Assembly (NCBI GenBank): GCA_037447605.1
Contig: CM074818.1
Location: 558,001 to 622,000, forward strand
DNA from: Zygnema circumcarinatum SAG 698-1b
Taxonomy: Eukaryota > Plantae > Zygnematophyceae
Direction: 5' to 3'
DNA: 64,000 nt
A program made the position numbers and the translations under genes. Shown here piece after piece: positions 31,801 to 43,613 of the stretch. Under the pieces are notes generated by a model, which saw only the letters and a program-made list of their open reading frames with translations, did no database searches and had not been told where the DNA came from. How positions within the stretch are numbered: the stretch's first letter is position 1; the number at the start of each line of letters is the position of its first letter.

Positions 31801-33036
31801 GGACGGAGGGGAGCAGGAGGTCCTCCTCCTGCGCGACCTCCTCGCGGCGGACCGAAACCACGCGGGGGTGCCTCTAGTCCTTTTGCCGCCGCTCGGCGCA
31901 CAGCCGTGGGCCAAACCCCTTGTGGCGGAAAACATTCACAAGGACCCTCAGGTTCGTCCAAAATTTCTCAAAAGGATTCGGCCCTTGTAGTGCTTTAATT
32001 ACTTTTTTAGGTAGTCCGGGTGTCTAGGGTTTTTAGGGTTTCTAGGGTTTTCAGGGTTTCTAGGGTTTTTAGGGTTTCTAGGGTTTTTAGGGTTTCCATG
32101 GTGATTTTGTACGCGTACAGTTGATGGCATCTCCATCGTCAGATCAATACCGCATAATTCCCTTCTAAGATCCTTGACGTTTGTTTTCGAGCGGTTATCT
32201 AGTTGTTTAAGCTTATCTCTAGGACTTCCAAGAGCTCATCGACAAGGTTTCAAATAATTTTTGGGGCTTCCAGTTTTTAAGGGGCTTAAAGTTTTGCAGG
32301 CCCATCCCCCGACCCCCTTCTCCCGTCTCCCCTTTTCGCCCTTCCCTCCTCCCACCTCCCCTCCCGCCCCTTCCCCTCCTCCCCCCCTCTTCCCACTCTT
32401 CTCGCTCCCCCACTCCCCGCCTCTCCCCCTCCCCCTTTCCACCTCCCCCCCTTTCCCCCTCCCCAGTCTCCCCCTTTCCACCCCTCCCCCACTTTCCCCC
32501 TCTCTTCCCCCCCCCCTTTCCCCATCCCTCCCTCCCCCCCCTCCCACCTCCCCCCTCCCCCAACCCCCCTCCCCCCTCCCCCCTCCCCCCCTCCCTTCCC
32601 CCCTCCCCCACTCCCCCCTCCCCCTCCCCCTCCCCCCTCCCTCCTTTCCCTCAAATTCCATCCCTCTCCCTCTCCCTCTCCCCCTCCCCCCTCCCTCCTC
32701 CCTCTCTCCCCTCCTCAAATTCCATCCCTCTCCCTCTCCCTCTCCCCCTCCCCCCTCCCTCCTCCCTCTCTTCCCTCCTCAAATTCCATCCCTCTCCCTC
32801 TCCCTCTCCCTCTCCCCCTCCCCCCCTCTCTCCCGCAGGTCCTGGCCTCCCTGTCGAAGGCCATCTGCGCGCTGGCCCTCCACTTCTTCGGCTCGTGGAC
32901 GTCCACGTTCAGCGGCGACATCCACCGCCTCCGCGACTGGTGGCGCCGCAACACGTGCGAGGACAGCGGCGTCTGCGCGCAGGCCGCCGCCGGGGACGTG
33001 CTAGAATTTCCGTGGACCGGGAGGACGGGCAGCTGA
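26915..33036 (+). CDS. GDP-fucose protein O-fucosyltransferase-family glycosyltransferase (O-FucT, resembling Arabidopsis OFUT36-type), type II membrane, about 505 aa
   Basis: Exons 26915-26998 (tentative, GC donor), 27785-27991, 28631-28783, 29219-29347, 29648-29800, 30498-30783, 31353-31444, 31736-31951, 32839-33036; 1518 nt in frame. Motifs: WQPAPEKFLLALCTGGQMSNRLMCL...AAVLNRTLILP...DYDYTRLLDFEH, FIAVHLRRGDF, IFLATDG, KAICALALHFFGSWTSTFSGDIHRLR. An alternative start at ATG 27716 is possible. Confidence 0.85.
27045..27545. repeat. G-run minisatellite (GGGGCATGGGG / GGGAATGGGGGAGCATGAGGCAT units)
   Basis: ggggcatggggaatgggggagcatgaggcatggggggg... repeated. Confidence 0.85.
27808..28507. repeat. 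Exact 350-bp tandem duplication covering most of O-FucT exon 2 and the start of the following intron
   Basis: tccgtcgagcag at 27821 and 28171; donor aag|gtgagg at 27991 and 28341; copies look identical by eye. Confidence 0.9.
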
Positions 33037-34610
33037 AAAAAACTGCAAAAGTGTGGGCGCCCCTGACGAGGAGGGTGGGGGGACGGGGGATTGTGCAGAC
33101 CGCGGAAAGCGGGCCGGTGAAATGAGGAAGGGAAATTCTTACAAATGTGAATCTCTTGATGGGGAAGATGGGGGGGCGGGGAGGTTGTGGGGACCGCAAA
33201 AAGCGGGCAGGTAATGAAAGGAGTGGAAATATTTTCAAATGGGGATCTATTTGGAAGATGGGTGGGGAACGGGGGGAGGAAGGTTCTGGAGACCGCGAAA
33301 AGCGGGCAGGTGGAAAAAGGAGGGGATATATTTACGCAACCCGCAATTCTTAAGGAGAGGGGGGGGGGGGGCAAAATCGATTGAATTCATTTATTTTTTT
33401 GGTTTTAAAAAAAATAGACATTTTCTTTGTGTTTTCTTTTGATGAGAACGAGTCACCTTTCTGGCGTTTGCTGCTTTTAAGATGAGATACTTCAAAAAAG
33501 AAAATATTTTCAATTTTGAAGACAAAACATTGGCCCCAACTCATACCTATGTTGTAGAACAACAACAACAACATGGGTATGAGTGGCATGAGTGTGGTGG
33601 TGGTATGGCAGTGTGTTGTTGTTGTTGTTCATGGTATGAGTTGCAAGTTTCTTCGAGCCCCAAAAGGTCCCCAAAAGCAGTCCGCTCTCTGTAGACCACC
33701 AAAATAGAAAAAATCGAACGAGCTCTCCTCCAATAGGAACAAGCCATGGATCCGCCACGTGTCCAATTTTGACACGTGACGAGCGCCTATTGGACGGCGC
33801 TCGCCGATAAAAAATGTGCAATGGTCTCTCCCTCTCTCTCTCTCTCCGTTTCGGTCCATCTCCAAAAAGTTGATCTCCATAGTGGATTCGAGTTCCAAGA
33901 AAGTTGGTCTCAATACAGTGGACCCAGATTCCAACTACCGCTATTCGTGATTGGGTCGATCTTGATCCATTCCTTAACCTTAAAATTCACACAGATCAAC
34001 GGCTACGACTAACCAACCTCTCACTGCGTGACACGTGGAAAACGTTTCATACCGACCAATGAGGAAGTTGCTGACTGAGCTCTCCGCCGCCTTTTGTTTA
34101 GGATCCACTTAGTGGATCTACCCTTGGGTCAATATTGTGGATCCACGGACGAGCCGTTGCTGCGTGTCGTTCAGGAAGTGTGCACATGCGACAGAATGAG
34201 ACCCCTACGCGCAGGCTAGGAAGACGTGATCATTGGCCAATCGTGGCATGTCACGTGTACATAATTGTATACGTGTCGTAACAACATTGGTGGAGGATCA
34301 GCTAGAAACTCACAAACGCCTTGTAAGCTACAGAAGCTTGCGACACTGAGAGACGACGCGACGTTTTGCGACAGATTTGGCCTCTGTGCGACATTATTTG
34401 GAAGGCGGTAGTGTCGTACGGGTGAGAATGAGGGAGCTGGCGACACGTGGCGGCTGGAATGTTCTTGGAGGGAGAGAGGGCTAGTGGGAGAGAGGGAGAG
34501 AGTGTGGAAGAGTGAGTGGGAGAGAGACAGGGAGAGAGATAGAGGGAGAAGGAGAGACAGAGAGAGAGGGAGAAGGAGAGACAGAGAGAGAGGGAGAGGG
34601 AGAGAGAGAG

Positions 34611-37600
34611 ATGGCTGCTCAAGTGCTGTCGGCGGCGGGGCAGTCCTCCCTTCTCGGGAGAAGCTGCGCTTTGAGGCGCTTGGCAGGAGGACCTGCTGCA
34701 GGTGATACAGGGCATGCGCGACATAACGAGGGCGTGATGATGTTGGCGGGGGGACAATGTGATGTCGTGGATGTCATCGGCTGCTTTGGCTGCATACATT
34801 GAACCTCGGCATGTCTGAGGAGTTTTTTTTTTTTATGTATTTTTAAGGTTTAGGGTTTTGGAGGGGTTGTGTGTTTTTCTAGATTTTCTGTGTAATGGCT
34901 TCGCTACAAATGCACGCCTGTTTTTTTTGCATTTGCATTTGCATGTTTTTTGTTGATCTGTTCTATATTTGATTTTTGGGTCCAGCTGTCGCAAGGAGAG
35001 AAATCTGCCTGTTTTTGAGGAGCTTCTTTTTTTTGTTTGTGGATATTTTTAGGGTTCAGGGCCGTACACATTTTGGGACGTTTTTTCCTTTCGCTCCATT
35101 TTTTCTGTCAAAGTTTTTTGTTTTTGTTTTGAGAAACTGCGACTCTCTGTCTCTCCCCCTCCCTCTCTCCCTCCCTCTCTCCCTCTCTCCCTCTCTCTCT
35201 CCCCTCCCTCCCTCCCTCCTTTCTCTCCCTCACTCTCCCTCTCCACTGTCACTCTTCACCTCTCTCCCACTGCCTCCTTGCTCTCTCCTCTCTTACACTC
35301 CAACTTTCTGTCTCACTCCCTCCACCTCTCTCTGTCTGCCCCACTCATTCTCTCTCACCCCCTCTCTCTCTCTGCCTCTCTCTCTTCATAACTCTCTCTC
35401 TCCCTCTCTCCCTCTCTCTCCCTCTCTCTCTCTCCCTCTTTCTGTCTCCCCCTCTCATCCTCTCTCACCCCCCCTCTCTCTCTCTCTCTCCGTCTCTCTG
35501 TCTTTCAGGCCTCACGTTTCATCCCAAGCCATGCTCCATCAAAATGGCGTTCAATGACAGGACCCCCGCCCGCATTGGGACCACTTCTGCCCCTCGCTCC
35601 TTGTAAGGCAATAATCCCATTACTGATATGCGAGAGAGAGAGTGGGAGAGAGACCGGAGAGAGAGAGAGGGAGAGAGGGAGATTGAAGGATAGACAGTGA
35701 GAGTGTGAATGTTGAGTGTGTGTGAGCACGATCTCTCACTCTCACTCCCACCGCGTCTTTCACTCTCTCTCTCTCTGTCACGCTCGTTCTTTTTAGCTTC
35801 TTTGACGTTCTCTTTCTCTCTTCCTATATCTCCCCCTCCCTTTCTCCCCCTCTCTCCCCCTCTCTCTCCCCCTCTCTCTCCCCCTCTCTCGCACTCTCTC
35901 TCCCCCTCTCTCTCCACCTCTCTCTCCCCCTCTCTCTCCCCCCTCGCCCTCTCCCACAGGAGCCTCCGCCCAGCCTCCAAGAGGCGCTCTGCGGCTGTGA
36001 AGGCGAGCGCTGTGGACGGTGCGAAGGAGGAGGAGAGCGGGATGGCGAAGTTTGAGGCTTTGGTGGAAACGCTGACCAGCCTCTTCCCTCTTTGGGTCAG
36101 CTCAACAACTCAGCCATATTTGTTTGTTAGTTTTATCTATTTGGTCATTATTGATCATTGCAAATCGCTGGTTATTGTATTTTTTTCACTGGAGGCATTA
36201 GTTATGTTTAGTCATTGGCAATCAATCAACTGATAATAGAATGTTACTGTTGTTTTTGGTTGCTTTCGATTAGTAAATCCTTTAAGCTGTTGATTAGCCT
36301 TGGTCAATTATTGTCCCCAGATTGCTTTGTAATAGTAGTGCAGCCTCTCTCCCTCCCTCTCTCCCTCCCTCCCTCCCTCCCTCCCTCCCTCCGGCTTTTC
36401 CGTTCATTTTCCTGAAAAATCCGTAGAACTCATTGGCTCAGCATGTAACGGAGTGCAGGTCATTCTCGGAACTGTGGTTGGACTCACAAAGCCTTCAGCC
36501 GTAAGCTTCTTCATACTTTCTAAACCCTAAATAAGAAGCAAACCATTTGGCATGAAGCAAGAGATTTAAAATTTAAGTTTAAGACTATCAACATCCTAAC
36601 TTTTTAACCTCTTAATTAGGGGAAGTCGGCTAAGCTTGTTTGTCCCTTAGTTCGTCTAAGATAATTTTTTTTTTTCTTTGGGAGTTTCCGGGTTCCTATT
36701 ATATCGTCACACTATGACTCAAACGTGTGGGAGGTAGATTAAAAGAGAGAGAGAACGGGACAGAGAGAGGGGGAGCCAGAGACGAGAAAGCAGATGGAGG
36801 GAGAGTGAGAGAGGGAGAGGGGGAGAGGAGAACGCGACGGAAATAGAGAGAGAGGGAGAGGTAGAAAGAGACAGAAAAAGGGAGGGAGAGCGTGAGATTG
36901 AGAGAGAGCGATTGATTGAGCGAGAGATTGAGAAAGAGAGAGAGGGTGTGAGATAGAGAGAGAGAGAGATAATTTCTGACAGATTTTCTACCAAACAGTC
37001 TCCCGAAATCAAGCCAAGTTCATGTTTCTGCGTTTCTGTGGGCCCAGAAAGTATTTTTTTGTCGTAAAGAGTTTACTGAACTACTATTGAACTCTTAAAT
37101 TTCATTTCTTATTCATCTTTTTCTTTCCCTTTTTGGGTATTTGGGCGAGCAGGTGACGTGGCTCCAAACCGACCTTTTCACTCTCGGGCTCGGCTTCCTC
37201 ATGCTCTCTATGGGGCTCACTCTCACCTTTGACGATTTCCGTCGCTGCTTACGGAATCCGTGGACGGTACATCTCTATCTCTCTCATTCTCTCTCTCTGT
37301 CCTTCTATTTCTTTCTTTCTCTCTCTTGGTCTCCCCTCTCTCCCTCCCCCTCTCTCCCACTCTCCCGCCACACTCTTGTTCGCCCCCATGCCTCACTCTC
37401 GCCTCTCTCTCTCTCTCTCTCTTGCCCCATCCGCACTGCGACGTGAACAATGCACATGTCCTGACGTCACCAATTGGCTGACGTCAGCACATGTTGGCAA
37501 AAAACAGCGCCCGTTAGGGCTGACATCATCTGTCCATCGAAAACAGTTGAAAACGGTTGAAAACGGCTGTTTCGGATATCGAAATAACCAATTGGTTCGA

Positions 37601-38446
37601 CATACCCAAGCCCTAATTGCAGGATCTGTTGGGACAAAAGGGTAGGAGATATTGATGATGTCATAACTTCTTCGGTTGTACGGAGAAATCCGTACAACCC
37701 ATTTTCATTGTTTGACCATTATGTATGTCGATGTTTCAGCAGTGAGGATGGAGCATCTTTTTCGCCCTCTTCTTCCTCTCCCATTCGGCCCCTCCTCTTT
37801 CTCACGCCCTCTCGCTCTCATACCTTGGTCTCTCTCCCCCTTCTCCCCTCTCTCTCTCCTTTCTCTTTGTCTTTCCCTCCCTCTCTTTCTCTCTTATGCC
37901 CTCTCGCACTCTCTCGCGCGGTAGCACGCTTGTCCTCTCTCCCTCTCTCTTTCCCACTCTCGTCCTTCTATTGTTACCCCAAAATCAGTTTTTTGTGCGT
38001 CTTCAACTCACCCCCTCTCGTACAGCCGCTCTACTCCCCACCTCCTCCTGCTATCCCCCCCTCCTCTCACCCCCCCCCCCCCCCTCCCTTCTCCACCCAT
38101 TTCTGCTTTCCTTTCCTTCCCCTTTCTTTCTTAATTCATTCTGCTACATTACCCACATCCTCAACCAACTAACCCTCTTCCCCTTACCCCTCCCCCCCCC
38201 CCCNNNNNNNNNNCCCCCCCTTTTTTTTTTTTTTTTTTTTTTCCATTCCAGGTGGGAGTGGGCTTCCTGGCCCAGTACGTGATCAAGCCTCTCCTCGGCT
38301 TCGCCATCGCTCTCTCTCTCCGCCTCTCCGCCCCCCTCGCCACGGGACTCATCCTCGTCTCCTGCTGCCCGGGGGGGCAAGCCTCCAACGTGGCCACCTA
38401 CATCTCAAGGGGGAATGTGGCGCTATCCGTACTCATGACCACGTCA

Positions 38447-38499
<53 letters not shown>

Positions 38500-40997
38500 C
38501 TCTCTTTCTCTCGCTTTCACACTCGCTCTCACGCGCACTCGCTCTCTCGCTCTTTCTCTCTCTCTCCCCCTTGCGCTCTCTCTCTCTCTCGCTCTCTCTT
38601 TCGCTCTTTTGCCCTTTCTCTCTCGCTCTTGCTCTTGCTTTCGCTCTTGCTCCTTGTTGCTCACTCTTCCTTGCTCTCTCTCGCTCTCTCTCTCGCTCGT
38701 GCTCATGCTCTCCCTTGCGCTTGTTCCCTGTTGTTCACTCTCTCTCTCTCTCCGTCTCGCTCTCTCGCTCTCACTCTCTCTCTCTCGCTCCCTCTCGCCC
38801 TAGAAAAGGAATTAAAAGGTAATTATAACTAAAAGACATTTTTTTTTTTTTCTTCTGTTTGAGTGAGCAGGTGCTCCACAGTGGGGGCCATCATCATGAC
38901 TCCGCTGCTCACAAAGCTGCTCGCCGGCCAATTGGTGCCGGTAGATGCAGGGGTAGGCAGCCCTCTCTCTCTCCCTCTCTATCTGTCTGTCTGACACTCC
39001 CCTCTCTCTCGCCCCCTCTCTCTTTCTCCCACTCTCTCCCTCCCCCTTTCTCGTCCTCCCTGCGTCACTCTCGTCCTTTTCTCTCTCTTCGCCCTCTCCT
39101 TCTCTCTAGACCACCCCCTTCCTCTCTCTCCCTCACTCTCGCTATCGCTTTCCTTCCCTTTCCCTGTGTCCTACTGCCTCTCTGTCTCTCTCCCTCCCAC
39201 CCTTAAACTTAATATAAATGCACATCTTCAGGAATTCTCTCAGACATTCATCAAAGTCCTCAATTTTCTCTTTGCAGGGTTTGGCTCTGAGCACATTCCA
39301 AGTGGTTCTCGTTCCCACCATCCTTGGAGGTCTACACACAACACTCTCTTACCATTCTTTTTTCAAACACAAATATTTCGATCAATATTTTATAACCGAA
39401 TGAGCCCCATTGAACTCTTTTCTGATTCCAGTATTGCCCCTTCTTTCTGATTCCTTTACTTTCCTTTTGTTTGCAGTGCTTGCGAACGAGTTTTTCCCCA
39501 AATTCACAAGGAAGATCACTTTCTTTACTCCTCTGGTCGGAGTTGTCCTCACAACTCTCCTCTGTGCCTCTCCGGTAAGTTCTGCCCCCTCTAACTCTCT
39601 CTGTCTTTCTCTCTCCTTCTCCTCCCTCTCTCTCCCCCTTCCCCCCTCTCTCCCCCCCTTCCCCCCACTCTCTGTCTGTCTCTCACCCTCTCTCGATCTC
39701 CCCCTCTCTCGCTCACTTTCACTCTCTCTGGGGGTACTACATGTGCTCTAACTAATACTTTGCCATGTTCTTGGTGCATATAAAAATTTGTATTCTTTTG
39801 GAGAAAATATTAGCATCTTTTGCCCCTCATGTTCGCTCCAAGTTCATTTTCAGTTTGTAAAGCCATCTGTGTCGAAACCCGCTAAGCGAGTTTATCTGTT
39901 CTCCTGACTTTAATCCCTTAGAGAGGGTTCTATTGCAGCCCTAACAGTCATAATGAATAGAACAACAGCTGCACCAACCACACAACATTTCTAACAAACC
40001 ATGAACCATCATAACAACAACAACAACAACAAGGTGAAGTCAACAACAAGACGACAAGGAAAAATGTCTGAGAGAGGAGGGAGGGAGGTGCAACGTGGCG
40101 CGTGCAGATTGGCCAGGTGGCAAGCGTGCTAAAGACGGAAGGCCTGGCCCTGCTCGGGCCAGTCATGGCGCTCCACGTGGCAGCCTTCTTCATCGGCTAC
40201 TGGATGTCACGTCTCTTCAACTTCGGGGAGTCCACCTCTCGTACCATCTCCATTGAGTGCGGGATGCAGGTCAACGCCTCTCCCTCTCCTCCTCTCTCTC
40301 TCCCCCTCTCGCTCTCTGTCTCTCACTCTCTCTATCTCTCTTTGTCGTTCTCAATGTCGCTCACTTTGTCAATCTCTGTCTCAGTAACTCACTTGCTCTC
40401 TCTCACTCTCTCTCTCTCTCTAACTCTCACGTCAATCTTCTTGTCTTCTTGATCTTCTCCTCACGATGTTTCTCCCCCTCGTTCCTCTCTACTGAACCAT
40501 CTTTTTCTCAATCTCTTTCTCTCTCACCTCCTCCCTCCCCCCCCTTCCCTCACTCCCTCTCCTCCTCCATCCCTAATCCTCCCAATCAACCCCCTTTCAA
40601 ATCCACCCGATAAACCCTACAAAGCCTACAAATTCAGGTCATTCCTCTCCCCCTGCAAAACCCTAAATTCCCTCACCTTCCATTTCATTCCTGCAGAGCT
40701 CCGCTTTGGGCTTCTTGCTCGCCCAAAAGCACTTCGCCAACGAGCTCGTGGCTGTGCCCTCCGCTGTCAGCGTGGTCTGCATGGCGGTATGCCTCTCTCT
40801 CTCTCGCTCTCTCCCTCTCTCTCTCCCTTTCTCTCTGTTCGTCTCCCTTCCCCTCCCTCTCTCACTCTCGATCTCGCCCTCTCTCTTTCTTTCTCTCTCT
40901 CGCTCTATCTCTCTCTCTCCGCCTCTCCCTTGTGCTCTCTCCCTCCTTTCCTCTCTTTCTCTTCTCTCTCGCTCTCTCGTCGGATGATTAATGTGTG

Positions 40998-41045
<48 letters not shown>

Positions 41046-41143
41046 CTCCCACCTTTTGTGTGCAGCTCGGAGGGAGCGCTTTGGCTGTCTATTGGCGAAA
41101 CCAAGCCATCTCCCCACTCGACAAGGACGACTTCAAGGAATAG
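34611..41143 (+). CDS. BASS2: Plastid sodium/pyruvate cotransporter (bile acid:sodium symporter family), about 409 aa with transit peptide
   Basis: Exons 34611-34701, 35509-35602, 35960-36095, 36459-36500, 37153-37266, 38252-38442, 38871-38952, 39278-39329, 39477-39574, 40108-40269, 40697-40786, 41066-41143; 1230 nt in frame. [12 protein letters not shown]...[47 protein letters not shown]...[14 protein letters not shown]...[26 protein letters not shown]...DKDDFKE* closely matches plant BASS2 as recalled. Confidence 0.95.
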
Positions 41144-42839
41144 GTCGAGGGTTCAGAAAGATTGGGCCTGCCCTCCTCTCTTTTACTCTCTTCCTCTCTC
41201 TCTCTCTCTCTCTCTCTCTCACTAGCCCTCTCCGTCAAAGGATTTCTCAAAGTATTCCTTTGCTATATATCCTCATTAGAAAAAGGCTCAATTTTGCCAA
41301 AAGCTCTATGTTGGCAAAATCAATTTTCCGTTTCAACTGCGATTTACAGATTTTAAATGGAACTGAACGGTTCCATGCACGCTGTTCGATGGAGAAGTAG
41401 CGGTGTCTCTGTGTCTTCTGTACCGTCGTCCGTTTAGGGTTTAAGCGGAGTAGTGAGAAGCTTAGGGTTCAGAAGATGTGAGAATAGGCATGTCGGGAAG
41501 TTGGCTGTTCTATGCAGTTTAGCGTTTGAAGGGCTTAAAGCTGATTATGTTTTGGAGCGGGCGATATTCTCTCCTCCCTCTCCCTCTCCCCCTCCCTCTC
41601 CCTCTCCCTCTCCCTCTCCCTCTCCCTCTCCCTNNNNNNNNNNCCCTCTCCCTCTCCCACTCCCTCTCCCTCTTCTGCCATGCGATGGCCATATTATCAT
41701 TCATGTACTGGAAAAACTTAAAAGAGAAGAAAAAAAAAAAAAACAGTAGTCCATGGCAGTTAACAAGTCGTTCGACTCACCATGCTCGATTTTATCCAAT
41801 GAACACAATTCAAGAATGTCCATTTGTGGAGTTTCTCGCCCTGTTCCGTTCGAGTTCATTGGTCATTCGACAGTTACATCAGCTGAAAATTGGCGGTTTT
41901 GTCGCTACTGTACTTGGCGGTTCCAACGGGCGATTTTGGACCCTTTCCAAACATAAACGTACGAACCTGTACGAAATTGTCGGCAATGTACGGCCTTAAA
42001 TGCGATACTGTACGGTTCTGGTAAAAAAGTCAGACTGACCGTACCAACAGTTGAATTTGGTCGAGGGCAGGGCCCAGCCGACCATCGTCCAATGGAGACG
42101 TGCCACGTGCTCAAGTTTGCAGACGTGGCGACTCGCTAGTGGTTGGATTGTCAACTTTGGTTTTGGCCCAACCTACAGTTGGTAGGGGATGGGTGACCTC
42201 CTGTTTCGCTTCGTTCGGTAGGGGAAAGGTTAGGGAGAGGGAGGGGGGGGACGGGTGTAGGGAGTGGGAGAGAGAGGGGAGGGAGAGAGGGGGAGAGGGA
42301 GAGGGAGAGGGAGAGGGAGAGGGAGAGGGGGAGGGAGAGGGAGAGAGGGCGACGGGGAAGTAGGGGTAGAGGGGGAGAGGGGAGGGACAGAGAGGGGGAG
42401 AGAGTGGAGGAGAGGGAGAGAGAGGGGCAGAGAGAGGGCGAGGGAGAGAGTGCTCCAAGCTGTGCACACAGAGACAAAAGGGGGTGAGTGAGAGAGAGAG
42501 AGAGAGAGGGAGAGAGAAGAGGGGCACACATTTATCTTCTGAACCCTGGCCGCTCTCAACCCTGGGTGAGTCACGGAGGGACTGACGCGAGAGGGAGAGT
42601 GAGGGAGAAACGTGAGATGAGAGTGAGAGAGATGAGAGAGATGAGAGAGAGAACTGTGAAAGAGAGATGTGTGTGTGTGAGAGAGAGAGAGAGGGAGTGA
42701 GTGAGAGAGAGGGAGTGAGAGAGAGGGAGTGAGAGAGAGGGAGTGAGAAAGCGAGAGAGCGAGAGAGAGAGAGGAGAGGATAGGCAAAACCCTTTGTAAT
42801 CTGTCGATCACGAGGTTTTTGTGATTTCATTTTCTTTTT

Positions 42840-43597
42840 GAACCTTAAAACCTTGAAGCCTTAAACCTGGAACTCTATTCCTTAAACCCTAAACAGTAAG
42901 CCCTAAACTTTTCAAACCCTAAAATCCTGAAATTTAAAACCTCAATCGTTGGACCCTAAACCGTAAACTTAAAACCTCTTCAAAGCTTCAATCTTTAATA
43001 CCCTAAACCCTCAACCGTAATCCTTAAACCCTAGAAACCAAAACTAATTCTCAAAATGCTAACCTTAAACCGTAAACCCTAAATCTAAAGCCTAACTTAC
43101 TCCTAAACCCAAAGCTCTGCTGCCTAAACCTTTAACCCTAAACCACAAACGCTAAAACGTAAACCCTAAATCCTTGACCCTAAAACTTAAACCCTGAACC
43201 TGAAACCCTAAACCCTACACCCTAAACTCCAAAACTCTAAGCTCTAAATCCTAAACCCTAAACCCTTAACTCTCAACCCTAGGCCCTAAGCCCTAGACCC
43301 TACACCCAAGCCCTAAACCCCAAATTCTAAACCCGAAACCGTCAACCATACGCCCAAAACCCTGAACCCTAGACTCTAAGCCCGGCACCCTAGACCCTAA
43401 GCCCTTAACCCTAGACCCAAGCCCTAGACCCTAAACCCTAAACCCGTAACCCTAAGCCCTAAACCCTAAACCCTAACCTCTAAACCCCAAACCCTAAACC
43501 CTAAACCCGAAACCCTTACCCCTAAACCCTAAACCTAAACCCCTAAACCCTAAACCCTAAACCCCTAAACCCTAACCCTTAAACCCTAACCCTAACT
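42840..43597. repeat. About 750-bp degenerate telomere-like (CCCTAAA)n array ending just before the 3' splice site at 43606
   Basis: aaaccctaaaccctaacctctaaaccccaaaccctaaaccctaaacccg... Confidence 0.85.
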
Positions 43598-43613
43598 CTC
43601 TTGCAGGGGGGCG

